DNA of 64,000 nucleotides from the human T2T-CHM13v2.0 reference genome, Homo sapiens: NCBI RefSeq assembly GCF_009914755.1, contig NC_060933.1, one strand, 5' to 3'. The notes under the pieces are model-generated. The model was not told where the DNA came from. It made no database searches and worked only from the letters and a program-made list of their open reading frames with translations. Every line of letters begins with the position of its first letter. Positions within the stretch are counted from its first letter, which is position 1. Below are positions 1 through 11,998 of this stretch, piece by piece. The translations under genes were made by a program, and so were the position numbers.

Positions 1-290
1 ATCCAACCACCTCCTTGACATCTTTACTTAAGTCTAACAAGCATCTCAAAGCTAATCATAGATAAAACAGAACTCTTGATTTTCCCATTTTTCTCCCCTC
101 AGGCTTTCCTATCCCCCCTGAAACCATCAACTTTTCCCTATTGCTATTGCCACCACAGTTAGATGGTTTCTAGAGGTTGAGCCAACAGGACTTGCTGATG
201 GTGGGGATGGGAATACAAGAGAAAAGAGAAATCAAGAATGAGAACTCGCCTTTGTGCTTGGCCTAATGTGGCATTTTTTCCTGCTTCAAT
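1..290. mobile_element. L2 LINE fragment, internally rearranged (1-158 on +, 159-~290 on -)
   Basis: atccaaccacctccttgacatc...gcatctcaaa...aactcttgat resembles the L2 consensus on +; gaggttgagccaacaggacttgctgatgg resembles the adjacent L2 segment on -. Confidence 0.65.
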
Positions 291-3019
291 CAAGTAATAT
301 CCGTAGTTAAAAATACCATTCAATATTAGTTTTGTAATCCAAGTGTTAACAATCTTGGAAATCACAAATAGTTTAAGACTTGAGGATATAATTTTTTTTT
401 TCTTTTTATGAACACCTGGTCAAATCATATATTAATTCCTAGAAAGATTCTGGGTACCAACACTTACTGATTTTTCTTACTGTGGGCAATATCCGTAAAA
501 ACAGACTAATCACGTACTCCTGACTTCTCTTTCCCCATCTTATTTTCAGATCTTTATTCCTTTTCACAGTTGCTTTAGAAATCCAAGTAATTGAAGAGCA
601 TCACAAGATTTGGAAGGGACGAGAGTCTGGTCGTGACTATACTATTGGTCCCGAGGGAAAGATCATTGCTCTTAGTTGCCTTAATTTTGTTTCTATTATA
701 GGGCCTTTTCTCAAAGCTTTGCAGACAAAATTCCAGCTGAGGTTTTTCCTTCAAGGCAGCATTGTATAAACTCCCATTGACTGGTCTGAGAAACGTTTTT
801 TTAAATGTATAACCAGGGAAGACATGACGGCACCTTCAAATTATCTAGTAGTGAATGTGAGGATGAAAGTTAACTGAATTCTGTAAAGTTTTATAATAGC
901 AATTTAGCTTTCATGTTAAATTAATGTCAGACAGATTAGACTATGTTTAGTTCATTTGTTTATATGTTAATTACATCTATTTTACTATGTATAGTACATA
1001 CCTTTTATATCATGTATAATGCATTTTAATTTATTCAGTTTGTTGCAATTGAGTTCTCTATGGATTTCATTACTTACTTAAAAGAAAGCATCATAAAAAT
1101 ATGAAATCTTTGTTCCTACTGATTTTTAAAACAGATTTATGTCCTTCAAATAATAGCCCCAGAAGTTAAAATGTTAATATTTTACTGTATTCTTTAAAAA
1201 CTACTTAAACAGTGAATCTTTTAAGTCTTCTATTGTTCTATTTTCCATTATGTCTTATTACTGTTCAGTAGTGACCAGCATGTGCATCAAATAGCTGCTT
1301 AATTCTTCAGAGGGATTAAATATTAATATTGGAAGAGCTTGAAAGATCATCTCATAGATGAGAAAATTGAGGCTGAAGAGAGTTCTTCTCTATATCCCAA
1401 TGGTTTTTTTCATACTGCTCTCAATTCTTAAAGACAGTGACATATTCAAAATCACCTACCTCAGAAGTAATGGACATAATCTAAAACTGGTTGAGTTTGC
1501 AAGCATATTAATTCAAACTCCAAATTCCCATGAAATGAGTATTTACCTGGAATGGATATAAAAATTTAGTAAGAAATTACCTAAAGGGCCATGATGCAGT
1601 GGTTAGAAAGGGTGTCCAGCTAAATTTTGGGATATAACCTATGGCATCCTTGGTCAACCCCCTTTCTGTGGTAACTAAAATTACTGTACATCTTCTGTGC
1701 TTTGCTGTTCAGTTCCAGTAGTGGGGCCTTCACAAAGGAGGCATGGTCAGAAAATTGTTTAAATACAAAATACAGGGAAGGCATCAGAGAGGAAAGGTAG
1801 TTTCAATAATATGATTCAGAAAGGATGACAGATTTTATGACTTCTGAGCTTTGGGGGAGATTTTTTCTTATTGTTCTCTGCCCTCACTATTCTCTTCAAA
1901 TTAAAAAGGCAACAGCAGCCTGCAAAGAGACTTAAAACAGTGTAAGTCAGAGAGTGGCGGCAGACATGCCCCCCAGTCAGGAGATGCATCTCCTTAGAAA
2001 TATGTTGCAGAGTCCACATCTAAATTTCTAGCATGTGCACGGAGCTGTGCAGAGTGTTATAGAACCATGGGTGGCTACGATGGTAGAAATGTAGTTGTTG
2101 AAGGCTCTGTCCTTAAAGTCTTTGAGAAATTGCTGAAAGCAAGACTGAAATTTTTTGATGTAGGAAAATGACATTATAGCTCAAATTGCTTAGGAGAAGA
2201 CAGGTGGACAGGTATATTTCACCTGTCAATTGTAAATATGATTTGGTGCTAAGAAGGAGCATATCCTGTAAACAGCCCCTCATTATTATAAGATCTTGCT
2301 GAGATGTGTTTTTTTCTGATGGTGACATGTCATGCTGACTGTAGGAAAAAGTGTGAAGCAGGTGATATTTGTTATTGAAGACCCAGCCATCTGTTGAGGA
2401 ACCTTTTTTTTTTTTTTTTCTGCCTCAGGTTCTTTTCCTAAACCTGTTCTCAACAATGGAATCTTACCCTCATAGTAGCTTAAATTGTAAAAACTGGACA
2501 ACAAATAAAACTCTTAGCCTTCTCAGGCTATTTGCATTTTATCAGAAATAGAAATATTGACCCAAGGGATTGAAACACACTTAAGAAGTGCATGTCTTAA
2601 AGAGCTAATGAGGAACTTTTTATTCCTCTTCAAATTGAAATTTCCACCTTCAAATGAAAAAATAAAAGCAAACATGAAACGGTTCATGCGCACTTGATAG
2701 GTAAAATTTGTCTCTATTTTTATTTTCACTTCAAATATGTCAACCATATTTTTATTTCCAGAAATGATGCAAGTATGCATGAGCTTCGGAAGTTAACAAA
2801 GTAGTTTTTGTTTTATAAACTTGTATCTGTTGAGCTTAACTGAAATATGTTATATTCATACTTCCTCTAGACCTTAACCCTGGAAGGGAATGCAAATTTG
2901 CCTTCCTATATGTGTTATCTGACTTTGGATTATCTTTGTAATTCCAGCCTCAGAACTAGAGAATCATTCTGCAACTTTAGGAGAAGGTCTAATACTATCA
3001 CTAACTTGATGCCTGTGTT

Positions 3020-3550
3020 CTTGGAAGTCCTTAAACTTCCTCGGTTGTCACCGAGTAGCTGGATGGAATAGCCCTGTGCCCCATGGTTCTGACTTCTTTT
3101 GCCACATCCGGACTTGGATCCCACACCAGAGTGTGTGGGATATGGGTTGATGTTATCCAGAAATGTGGGGCAGCTAACTCCTTTTGGCACACATTTAACC
3201 AGTAGGCAACAGGACATGGGGGAAACATGGAAGATAAATTTATCTCCTCCATCCCTCCCTCCCATAGACTGTTTCTTGGCCAAGTTTCTCCGTATATCCT
3301 GTCTGGAGAAATCCTGTCTGGAGAAATCCTGTAGGGCTGAGCTGAATTTACTAGCAAAGCAGGCTACATTCCTTCATGGATCATCATGACCTGTGACCAG
3401 CATGAAAATGCAATACCTTGCATCTCCCCCTATCCCTTAATATCTCTTTCATTATTCCTTCACTTTCGCAACCTGAGAATCACCTCTCAAAAGCATGGAC
3501 ATTTAATTCTTGTTTCAGTCTCCTTTGTCTAGGGAACACAGACAAAGATA
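3020..3550 (+). mobile_element. ERV-L-class solo LTR, LTR33-like
   Basis: ccacaccagagtgtgtgggat...ccagaaatgtggggcagctaac core and terminal ctttgtctagggaacacagacaaagata match the recalled LTR33 layout. Confidence 0.6.
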
Positions 3551-4219
3551 TTGCTTAGTACATAAAAGTTGCTCATTAATATTGATTTTCTTTTTTTCTG
3601 CCTCTGTTAATTTTTAAAATTTGACCTTGCCCAGTTCCAGGATAAACTTGAACTGCTTTAGTTGCTTCCATTCCTTGTCTTTTCTTCCTGAACTCATATT
3701 CTATCTCAGGTACTGATTTTCAGGTTCATTACTTATTTCATCCTGTAAAGCAATTGATCTCTTTAATGTTTTGCTTCTAGAAATCTTGATTTGGTAAAAT
3801 CCAAGTCTTTATTCCAGAGAATAGGAGACTTTGATGTTATACAAACTCTAGATTATTTTTGTGTAAGAAAGCATGAGTCTGGAAAATGAAAGGATTTCTG
3901 TGGACAGGAATTTCATCTTCTGTGGTCAGAGGTTTATAGCCATCCCTTTTAAGCAGATTCCATGCCTATTTCTCAATAGAGTAATGCAGATTTTGAGTGT
4001 CCAACTTCAAGTGTTATTTTAGGAGTCATAGATACTTCCAATTCTAGATCATGTAGACAACCAACATAGTTTATCTCCATTAGATCTGTGAAGATTGATA
4101 GCTCAGGCTTCTTGGAGAAGTTGAAGCTTAAGTTTCACTATAAAGATTGTTTCTCAGTTTTTCCACAACATACACACCTTTGTTCTTCCATTTCAATCAA
4201 AACTTTAATCGTTGAAGAT

Positions 4220-4445
4220 CTATTTCAAATGTCACATTCTCCATGAAACTCTTTCTCATCTTCCTGTCTGGAAGTGATCAACCTCATCTGAATTTCTACA
4301 TGCATTATTTATGTCTCTGTACATAACCTTCTGCTACTGAACAACAGCTCTTTGAGGACAAGGGCTAAACCTCATGTATCTTTGTATCATCCTTAGCGTA
4401 GTGTTTAGCACATGAGATGCTTAAAAATATTTGTTGTATTGAATT
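4220..4445 (+). mobile_element. L2 3' end
   Basis: tcaaatgtcacattctccatgaa...ctctttgaggacaaggg...tagcacatgagatgcttaaaaatatttgttgtattgaat is a typical L2 terminus. Confidence 0.7.
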
Positions 4446-5001
4446 TCTCCTGTCCTTCCACTTACATGTTTTAAATAATTACTGTGTGCCAAGAACTATG
4501 CTAAGGGTCATGTAGTTCAATTTTCCCTCCTTGGACCCAGCAAATATCAATACCAATATTTCCTAAATTATAGCTCCTAGAAGACAGCACTATTCACAAC
4601 TTGGAATTTTACAAAGGATGCTTCAGTTATGGATCACTGATTAGTTTGAACAGACCTACGTGGTTCTTTTAATATCTGTGCCAGAAATACTTTTCCACTG
4701 AGTTAGCTTTCTTCTCACCCTTAAGGCCTTCTCTGCTGCTTTGCTTAGAAGTTTCCATGATTTCAGACCTTCCTGACTTTCTTCAATTTTCGGAATTACT
4801 GAGATTTTTATCCCCATAGGTGTTGTAATTTGTGTGAATTTAGAATGAATATGGATATTGGATATTCTGCTGTATTTCTCATTCTGTTTTCTGTGGAGTG
4901 AAAATTCATTTTGAGAATGAATGTATGTTTTAGAACAATTATTGTTTGAGAGGTAAAAAGCTGCATTTCAAATTCAATGTAAAATAGCATATTATTTAGA
5001 G

Positions 5002-5206
5002 CAGTGCTGCCCAATAAAACTTCCTGCAATGATAAAAATGTCCTGTATCTGCACTAATATGGTAGGCACTAGCCACTAGCCACTGTGGCTAATTGAGCCT
5101 TTGAAATAGGCTTGTGTGACTGAGGAGTAAGTTTTAATTTTCATTTTAATTAATTTAAATTTAAGTAGTCATATGTGGTCAGTGGCTACCATATCATGCA
5201 ATGCAG
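5002..5206 (+). mobile_element. MER3 (hAT-Charlie non-autonomous DNA transposon)
   Basis: cagtgctgcccaataaaacttcctgcaatgat...tagccactagccac...ttaattaatttaaatttaa...gtggctaccata...gcag. Confidence 0.85.
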
Positions 5207-5214
5207 ATATAAAC

Positions 5215-5500
5215 CAATGACAGAGTTATCTCTCATATTTCCATAAATAAAAAAGGTGCCCTTAGATAAATGGTTTTGATAAAATTATGGTATTATCCAG
5301 TATTATATTATTTCTTTTTTAGAGATTCACAATACAGATGGACAGGTTAAAGGCTATAAGAAGCAGTACTACAAAAACAAACAAGCAACACCTGTTTGCA
5401 TTGATTTTACTCAGAACTTAACCATGGCATCTGCACTCCATCCTCCCCTCAATAATGCCTATGAACAGTTTGTGACCTCATCCTCAACCCTTTTGGGAAA
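5215..5500 (-). mobile_element. MER103-like hAT-Charlie element
   Basis: gagattcacaat...ttaaaggct...agaag...cacctgttt core; ends tttgggaaa. Confidence 0.5.
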
Positions 5501-5989
5501 AAAGTCTCCTTTAGACCTTTTACCTCATTAAAAACCTATTTTATACCTTTAGCCTATTAGTTCCCCTCGTCTATTTCAGGGGAGGCATAAGATGATGTAC
5601 GTCAGAATAAAGGGGAGCCTCCATTAAGTTTTACAAAATCTGTTGTGCTCCCAGAGACAGGGCATGAAATTTGCCCCATGGACATGAAACAATTGAATCT
5701 CTGAAATTACCGTCTTCAGGGGCAATGTATGTTTTCTCATAGCTGCAGCTGAATCTGGATAAAATTGGGCATATCCACAGTTTGACCTAAGCCACAGGTA
5801 GGCCTCCCTTTTGAGGGCTGATTAGAAACAATCAACTATCTCTATCCCCCCACTGGAGTAGCTGTTGACATCACTTTATCCCACTACCAACAATATGGGA
5901 AGGAATATGATAACATTCAGTTGTCTTTTCCTCTTCCTCTTAATAGGCCAGGTGGTGATGCTCTGGACAAAATTGGTCTGAAGGCTGAG

Positions 5990-6620
5990 AGCAGGTCCAT
6001 TATTGGGAGCATTTGCTTTAAATTATGAAATTCAGAAGGCTTGTGGCAGAGAGGCGGCCAGTCCTGCCGCAAAAGGCACTCGCTTGTCTGTTTCTTGCAT
6101 TCTGTTAAATATTTCTTATTTCCTCAGAATACACCACAAGGACCATTTGACTGTCCCCTCTGGCTTCTGCATCTTGCTTCCAGCATGAACAGACAGGTAA
6201 TAACCGTTCAGCAGGGCCATTACCTCTTCTAAAGACTATTATCAAAATGGTCATTATACATAATGGAGATTATTACAGGCAGCCTGAGAGATTTTTTAGA
6301 TACATCTCTACAGTAATAGGTGGCCTTTTTTAGCCTCATATATCTGTAGGGATAATACCAGGGCACAGAATACATGACAAATGGTGATTTTTAGCAAAAA
6401 CGCTGTCAGCTTTTAATGCATTAATTGGATTGTGGATTTAAATGGCATTTACACAGAAACTCTTAAATTTTAACTCTTGACAAATGCACAGTGCAGCAGA
6501 AACATTCCAAGAACAAGATTACAATATATGGAATGCATTGTCCATGTTTATACTATGCAATCACATATGCAAGGATACTGGCATTAATGAGTCCTTTGCA
6601 AACAAACTCTTTTATAATGA
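5990..6620. promoter_or_regulatory. Candidate enhancer / conserved non-coding block
   Basis: Repeat-free as far as I can tell; paired TEAD-type sites (ACATTCCA 6502-6509, TGGAATGC 6529-6536), CTGTCA and TAATTGG homeodomain-type sites. Conservation not verified. Confidence 0.3.
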
Positions 6621-6634
6621 AGTAACTGGTCTGT

Positions 6635-6740
6635 AGTCAGACAATCAATAAGTATTTATAAGACCTTGGGCTTCATTCCAGGTACTGAAAATATGGTGGT
6701 CAGAAAACAGAGGGAAGTTTAAAAGCTCAGAATCTAGTGG
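6635..6740 (-). mobile_element. L2 3' end fragment
   Basis: caatcaataagtattta...ccaggtactgaaaatatggtgg...agctcagaatctagtgg. Confidence 0.5.
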
Positions 6741-7022
6741 CCTGTTTTTTGTTTTGTTTTGAATAAAAAACAAACACAGTCACATTTCAAATATTTCTAT
6801 TCCCAAGACAATACCTCTTCCTAAACCTTCCACTTATCTCAAACCATTTGAAGGCAAATAGGTCCCATTCTAGATTTTAAAAAATGTGAATTCTGCTATG
6901 TGGTATACATTTGGTTGCCTATCAAATAGTTTTTTTCCTTTAAAGTTGTAACTCCATTTTTGTTTGGTTGGTAAGATTATCAGTGCCTGGGAATAAATCC
7001 TTCCTGGGCTAAGCCAGTCAGA

Positions 7023-7798
7023 TGTAATCGGATGTTAATATGGGATGCTTTGCATCTCAGTATTGTCTGAAGACCCAAGAACAAAAGCAATAGGGTCTGT
7101 CACTCTAAGGCAGGGAGGTGGATGCCAGATCACCAATGCTTGGTTTGCAAAGAAACTATCAAAACATCCAGTTTTATAAACTCTCACTTAACATCCCTCT
7201 TCATGATAATATGAAGGTTAAAATGAGGAGAGAGAGAATTTCCTGGAAGTGGCTGATGGAGAACAGTGGCATTTTACTTTCTCATTGTGGGTGGGAATTT
7301 CTCCTCACTTCAAGTGAGAAGGTTTTTAGAGGAGTACAGAGATCTTATTGGTACCTTTGATGTTAAAGAGCACAAGGGACTGGTATTTGGCCCTTGTCAT
7401 GCTAGCAGGCTACCCTCACAGCCAAGCAAAAAGGTGGTTTCATGGCAATGAGTAGTTTTTCTGGTACCAGTGATGCGTGAGTGTTCTGTCTGGACCTGAT
7501 GGGGGCTGTTCCATAGAAAGAGCTGGTATGTAATTAACATGCAGGGACTTTGGCCGAGAGGGCCACCTGGGAGGGCAATTGAGCCTAGAGAGAGAGTCAG
7601 TGGAGTGGATCCTTGAAAACCAGGTGATGAGGGCAGTTGTTATGGCCAACAGAGGAGACATTGCCTCTGCGAATGCTTCCAAAATTCCTCAGCAGCAGGA
7701 ACCTCCTTTTTAGGACATTCTACTCAGAAATTCTGTGTCTTATAGTTGAAAGCTTCCTATTTAATGCATTCATCATCATAAAATAAATTCCTGCCACA
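7023..7798 (+). mobile_element. Ancient Gypsy-type solo LTR (MamGypLTR-like), apparently inserted in an MLT1-type fragment (~6895-7022)
   Basis: TG...CA termini; cccaagaacaaaag...gggtctgtcactct...gatgccagat...gtttgcaaagaaactatcaaaa matches the recalled MamGypLTR 5' region; AATAAA just before the terminal ctgccaca. Confidence 0.6.
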
Positions 7799-8727
7799 GA
7801 TCTCCTCTCTCTGGGCCTTCCCCAGTGGAGATGTTAGTCCCTGCGTCCCATGCCCTATATATAGCCCAGGTCTCTGACTGTCCATGCCCCCATTAAAGAG
7901 GGAAGAATCTGCGATTGGTCATTATTGGCATCCACCACCCTCCCTTAGAGTGACAGATTATTAGTTACCTATTGCTCATCTGTTGTTTTTTTTTTCTGCT
8001 CATTTTCTAACTCACCCCACCCTTTTTGATGGCAACAGTCAGATTTTTTATTATTATTATTATTATTTTTAGTAACCTTTGCATAAGGACCTAATGACTT
8101 CAGTCAGTGTAGTTGACACCACTTGCAATTCCAAGGGTAGGTGTGTATTTCAGAACTGGCCCACTGGTATGTTCAGTTATGCTGCACACATTGATTTGTT
8201 CAGACATCTGACCTAAGCTGATGTGAGATACTTTGACTAGGACTATTTGGAAGCAGCCCCCTGTTTTTGCCAGAGCTGCTAAGCAAGTAGGCTGTAAGGG
8301 AGAGGCTGCTGTTGGTTCCCATGCTCCTTCCAAGCTTAGGAGAATCCAGAGCCAAGAGATGGACCAGAAAGACTTGTGGTGACAATATTTAAGCATCTGC
8401 ATCCAAAAATACATACAGAATCATATCTATTCTGAGAAACAATAAAATGCTCCCCCTAACTACAAGTCATTTTGCAATGTGGCCTCTGTCACTTACAGCA
8501 GATAAAGAACTGACTGATAGATCCTTACACTATTTGTTAAATTGCTTTCATTAGAGATTTAAATAAAATTATTTCCCATCTCCATTTTTTAATTAGGGAA
8601 AGTTTCAAACATACAGAAAAGAGGAAGAATAGCAAAATGGATTCCCATATATTCTCCACTCAGATTTCAACTCTTTCTCTTTCATCTTTGCTGCACCACT
8701 TGAAAGTACGGTTTAGATAGTGTGACA

Positions 8728-8882
8728 CGTTACTTAATATGTACAATATGTATAATATGTATATATGCATGTGTATATTAATATGTATATAATATGTATA
8801 TATGCATGTGCACATTACTTAATATGTATATAATTGACACATTACTTAATATGTATAATATGTATATACGCATATATATATC
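8728..8882. repeat. AT-rich degenerate minisatellite (taatatgtata-based)
   Basis: Repeated ttacttaatatgta(t/c)a and aatatgtatatatgcatgtg units. Confidence 0.85.
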
Positions 8883-9128
8883 ATAAAAATAGTTGTGCAT
8901 AAACACAATGTTATCATACTTAAGAAAATTAACAATAATACATTTCGAATATTCAGTCCATATTTAAAGTTCTCCAATTTCCCAAGTGTGCCCTTTATGG
9001 ATTTTTTTTTTTTTTTACCAGAATAAAGATCCTATTAAGGTTTACCCATTGACTTTGATTATTATATCTCTTTAGTCTAGAACTCTTTCCCATCTTTTTT
9101 AATAAAATGACATTGACCTTTACATTTT

Positions 9129-9571
9129 TAAAAAAACTATTTTAAAATTCATATTTTTAATTGTCATTTAATAATTGTACATATTTATGGGGTACATAAG
9201 GATATTTTGATATATACAATGTGTAGTGATCAAATCAGGGTAATTAGAATATCCATCACTTCAAACAATTATTTGTGTTGGGAACATTTAAAGTCTTCTT
9301 TTCTAGCTATTTGAAAATATATAAGAATTGTAAACTGTAGTCACTGAGTGCTATGGAGGATTAGGATCTATTCCTCCTGTCTATCTGAGCTAGCTGTAAT
9401 TTTGTATCCTTTATCCAACGTCTCTTTACCTCTGCCTCCCTTTTCCAGCCCCTAGTAACTACTATTCTACTCTCTACTCTCTGCTTCCATGAGATTAACC
9501 GTTTTAGCTTTCTCCTATGCGTAAGAACATGTGGTATTTGTCTTTCTGTTCCTGGCTTTCACTTAACATGC
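9129..9571 (-). mobile_element. 5'-truncated L1MA 3' end nested in the older L1
   Basis: taattgtacatatttatggggtaca...gatcaaatcagggtaatt...gaacatgtggtatttgtctttctg; degenerate TSD tgacctttacatttt (9114-9128) / tgaccttgacgtttt (9572-9586). Confidence 0.85.
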
Positions 9572-9904
9572 TGACCTTGACGTTTTGAAGAGTCCAGGCT
9601 GGTAGGATTAAAGCTTATTGTGAATTTGTCTGGTTGTTTCCACGTTTGACTTGTTTCTAATTTAACTTGTTGCTGTAACTGGTAAAATGTTAGTAAACAG
9701 GAAGGTAGATCTAGAGGCTTGATTATATTCAGATTAATGTTTTTTTGCAAGAATGTTTTATAGGTGATGCAATCTTAGTCTCTTATTATAGAAATACAGT
9801 TTCCCCTCTATCCTTAACATGTGTGGTGGTGAGGTGATACTTAGCACCACGAGAATCCTAAAATCCTTCATGTTTATTTGCTGGGCTTTTACTATAAGGA
9901 AGAG

Positions 9905-11401
9905 TTTTCTTCCTCTCTTCTTTCCTCCCTGCCCCCGCTTCCCTCCTTCCTCTGCTTCCTTCCTCTCTCTTCCTCCCCTTCCTTTTCTCCCTTTCTCTTT
10001 TCCTTCCCCTCTTCCCTTCTTCTCTTCCCCCTTCCCTTCTTCTCTTCTCCCCTTCCCTTCTTATCTTCCCTTCTCTCCCCCTCCCTTCCCTCCCCTTCTT
10101 CTCTCCCCACCCCCTCCCTCCCTCCCTTTCTTCCCTCCTCTCCCCTTCTTCCCTCCCGTCCCTTTCTTCCCTCCTCTCCCCTTCTTCCCTCCCGTCCCTT
10201 TCTTCCCTCCTCTCCCCTTCTTCCCTCCCGTCCCTTTCTTCCCTCCTCTCCCCTTCTTCCCTCCCGTCCCTTTCTTCCCTCCCCTCCCCTTCTTCCCTCC
10301 CTCCCCTTCTTCCCTCCCTCCCTTTCTTCCCTCCCTCCCCTTCTTCCCTCCCTCCCTTTCTTCCCTCCCTTGACTTCCTTCCCTTCTTCCCTTCCTTCCC
10401 TTGCCTTCGTTCCCTTCTTCCCTTCGTTCCCTTCTTCCCTTCCCTTCCTTTGTTCCCTTCCTTTCTTCCCTTCCCTTCCTTCCCTTCCCTTCCTTTCTCC
10501 CTTCCTTTCTTCCCTTCCCTTCCTCTCTTCCTTCCCTTCCCTTCCTCTCTTCCTTCCCTTCCCTTCCTCTCTTCCCTTCCTCTCTTCCCTTCCTCTCTTC
10601 CCTTCCTCTCTTCCCTTCCTCTCTTCCGTTCCTCTCTTCCCTTCCTCTCTTCCCTTCCCTTCCTCTCTTCCCTTCCCTTCCTTTCTTCCCTTCCTTCCCT
10701 CCCTTCCCTTCCCTCCCCTCCTTTCCTTCCCTTCCCTCCCCTCCTTTCCTTCCCCTCCCTTCCTCTCCTCCTTCCCTTCCCTCCCTCTCCTCCTTCCCTT
10801 CCCTCCCTCTCCTCCTTCCCTTCCCTCCCTCTCCTCCTTCCCTTCCCTCCCTCTCCTCCTTCCCTTCCCTCCCTCCCCTCTTTCCCTTCCCTCCCTCCCC
10901 TCCTTCCCTTCCCTCCCTCCCCTCCCTCCCTTCCTTCCCTTCCCTCCCTTCCCTCCTTCCCTCCTTCCCTCCCTTCCCTCCTTCCCTCCCTTCCCTCCTT
11001 CCCTTCCCTCCCTCCCCTCCTTCCCTTCCTTCTCTCCCCTCCTTCCCTTCCTTCTCTCCCCTCCTTCCCTTCCTTCCCTCCCCTCCTTCCCTTCCTTCCC
11101 TCCCCTCCTTCCCTTCCTTCCCTCCCCTCCCTCCCCTTCCTCCCCTCCCCTCCCCTCCCTCCCCTCCCCTCCCTCCCCTCCTTCCCTTCCTTCCCTCCCC
11201 TCCCTCCCCTTCCTCCCCTCCCCTCCCTCCCCTCCCCTCCCTCCCCTCCTTCCCTTCCTTCCCTCCCCTCCTTCTCCCCCTTCCCTCCTTCTCCCCCTTC
11301 CCTCCTTCTCCCCCTTCCCTCCTTCTCCCCCTCCCCTCCTTCTCCCCCTTCCCTCCTTCTCCCCCTTCCCTCCTTCTCCCCCTTCCCTCTCTCCTTCTCC
11401 C
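9905..11401. repeat. 1.5-kb polypyrimidine/polypurine compound tandem repeat
   Basis: Only ~16 purines on + over ~1497 nt and none in 10629-11401; local units of 36, 13, 22 and 17 bp. Confidence 0.97.
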
Positions 11402-11419
11402 ACTGTAGAGCTAGTATGT

Positions 11420-11700
11420 TGAAAAATTCACTTAGTTTTTGCCGTTCTTAGAATGTTTTTATTTTTACCTTCACTTTTGAAGGATATTCTCACTAGGTTT
11501 TGAGTTCTAGGTTGGCAATTCTTTTCTTTCAGAAATTTAAAGATGATACCCTATTACCTTCTGGCTTGTATTGTTTCTGTTGAGAAGCCAGATGTCAGTC
11601 TTATTGTTGCTTCTTTGAATGTAAAGTATCTTTTATCTTTGTTTTTAAGATTCTTTGTTATTATTGTTATTATTTGTTTTTGAGTTGTCTTATGTGCATA
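11420..11700 (-). mobile_element. Old L1M ORF1-region fragment
   Basis: ttttaccttcacttttgaaggatatt...ttctaggttggcaattcttttctttcag...gttgagaagccagatgtcagtcttattg. Confidence 0.75.
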
Positions 11701-11706
11701 TGTCTG

Positions 11707-11998
<292 letters not shown>

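Larger units (their letters stand above)
8585..9900 (-). mobile_element. Old L1 3' UTR (L1MC4/5-like), interrupted by an L1MA fragment and an AT-rich repeat
   Basis: tttcaaacatacagaaaag...aagaatag...ttcccatata...cactcagatt; resumes at tgaccttgacgttttgaagagtccagg. Confidence 0.7.

Noticed and set aside
1979-1994. Perfect 16-bp palindrome aggagatgcatctcct
   Set aside because: About one 8-bp-arm palindrome is expected by chance in 64 kb (64000/4^8 is roughly 1); no supporting context.
10124-10290. 36-bp periodic repeat as a CRISPR-like array
   Set aside because: Units are directly adjacent with no unique spacers, there are no cas genes, and the context is primate DNA.
9819-11451. Long ORFs of 184-514 aa on both strands (Pro/Ser/Phe/Leu-rich and Gly/Arg/Glu/Lys-rich)
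   Set aside because: Stop codons need both T and a purine, so a pure C/T or G/A tract is open in every frame. The longest ORFs begin at TTG or GTG and show no domain structure; they are composition artefacts.
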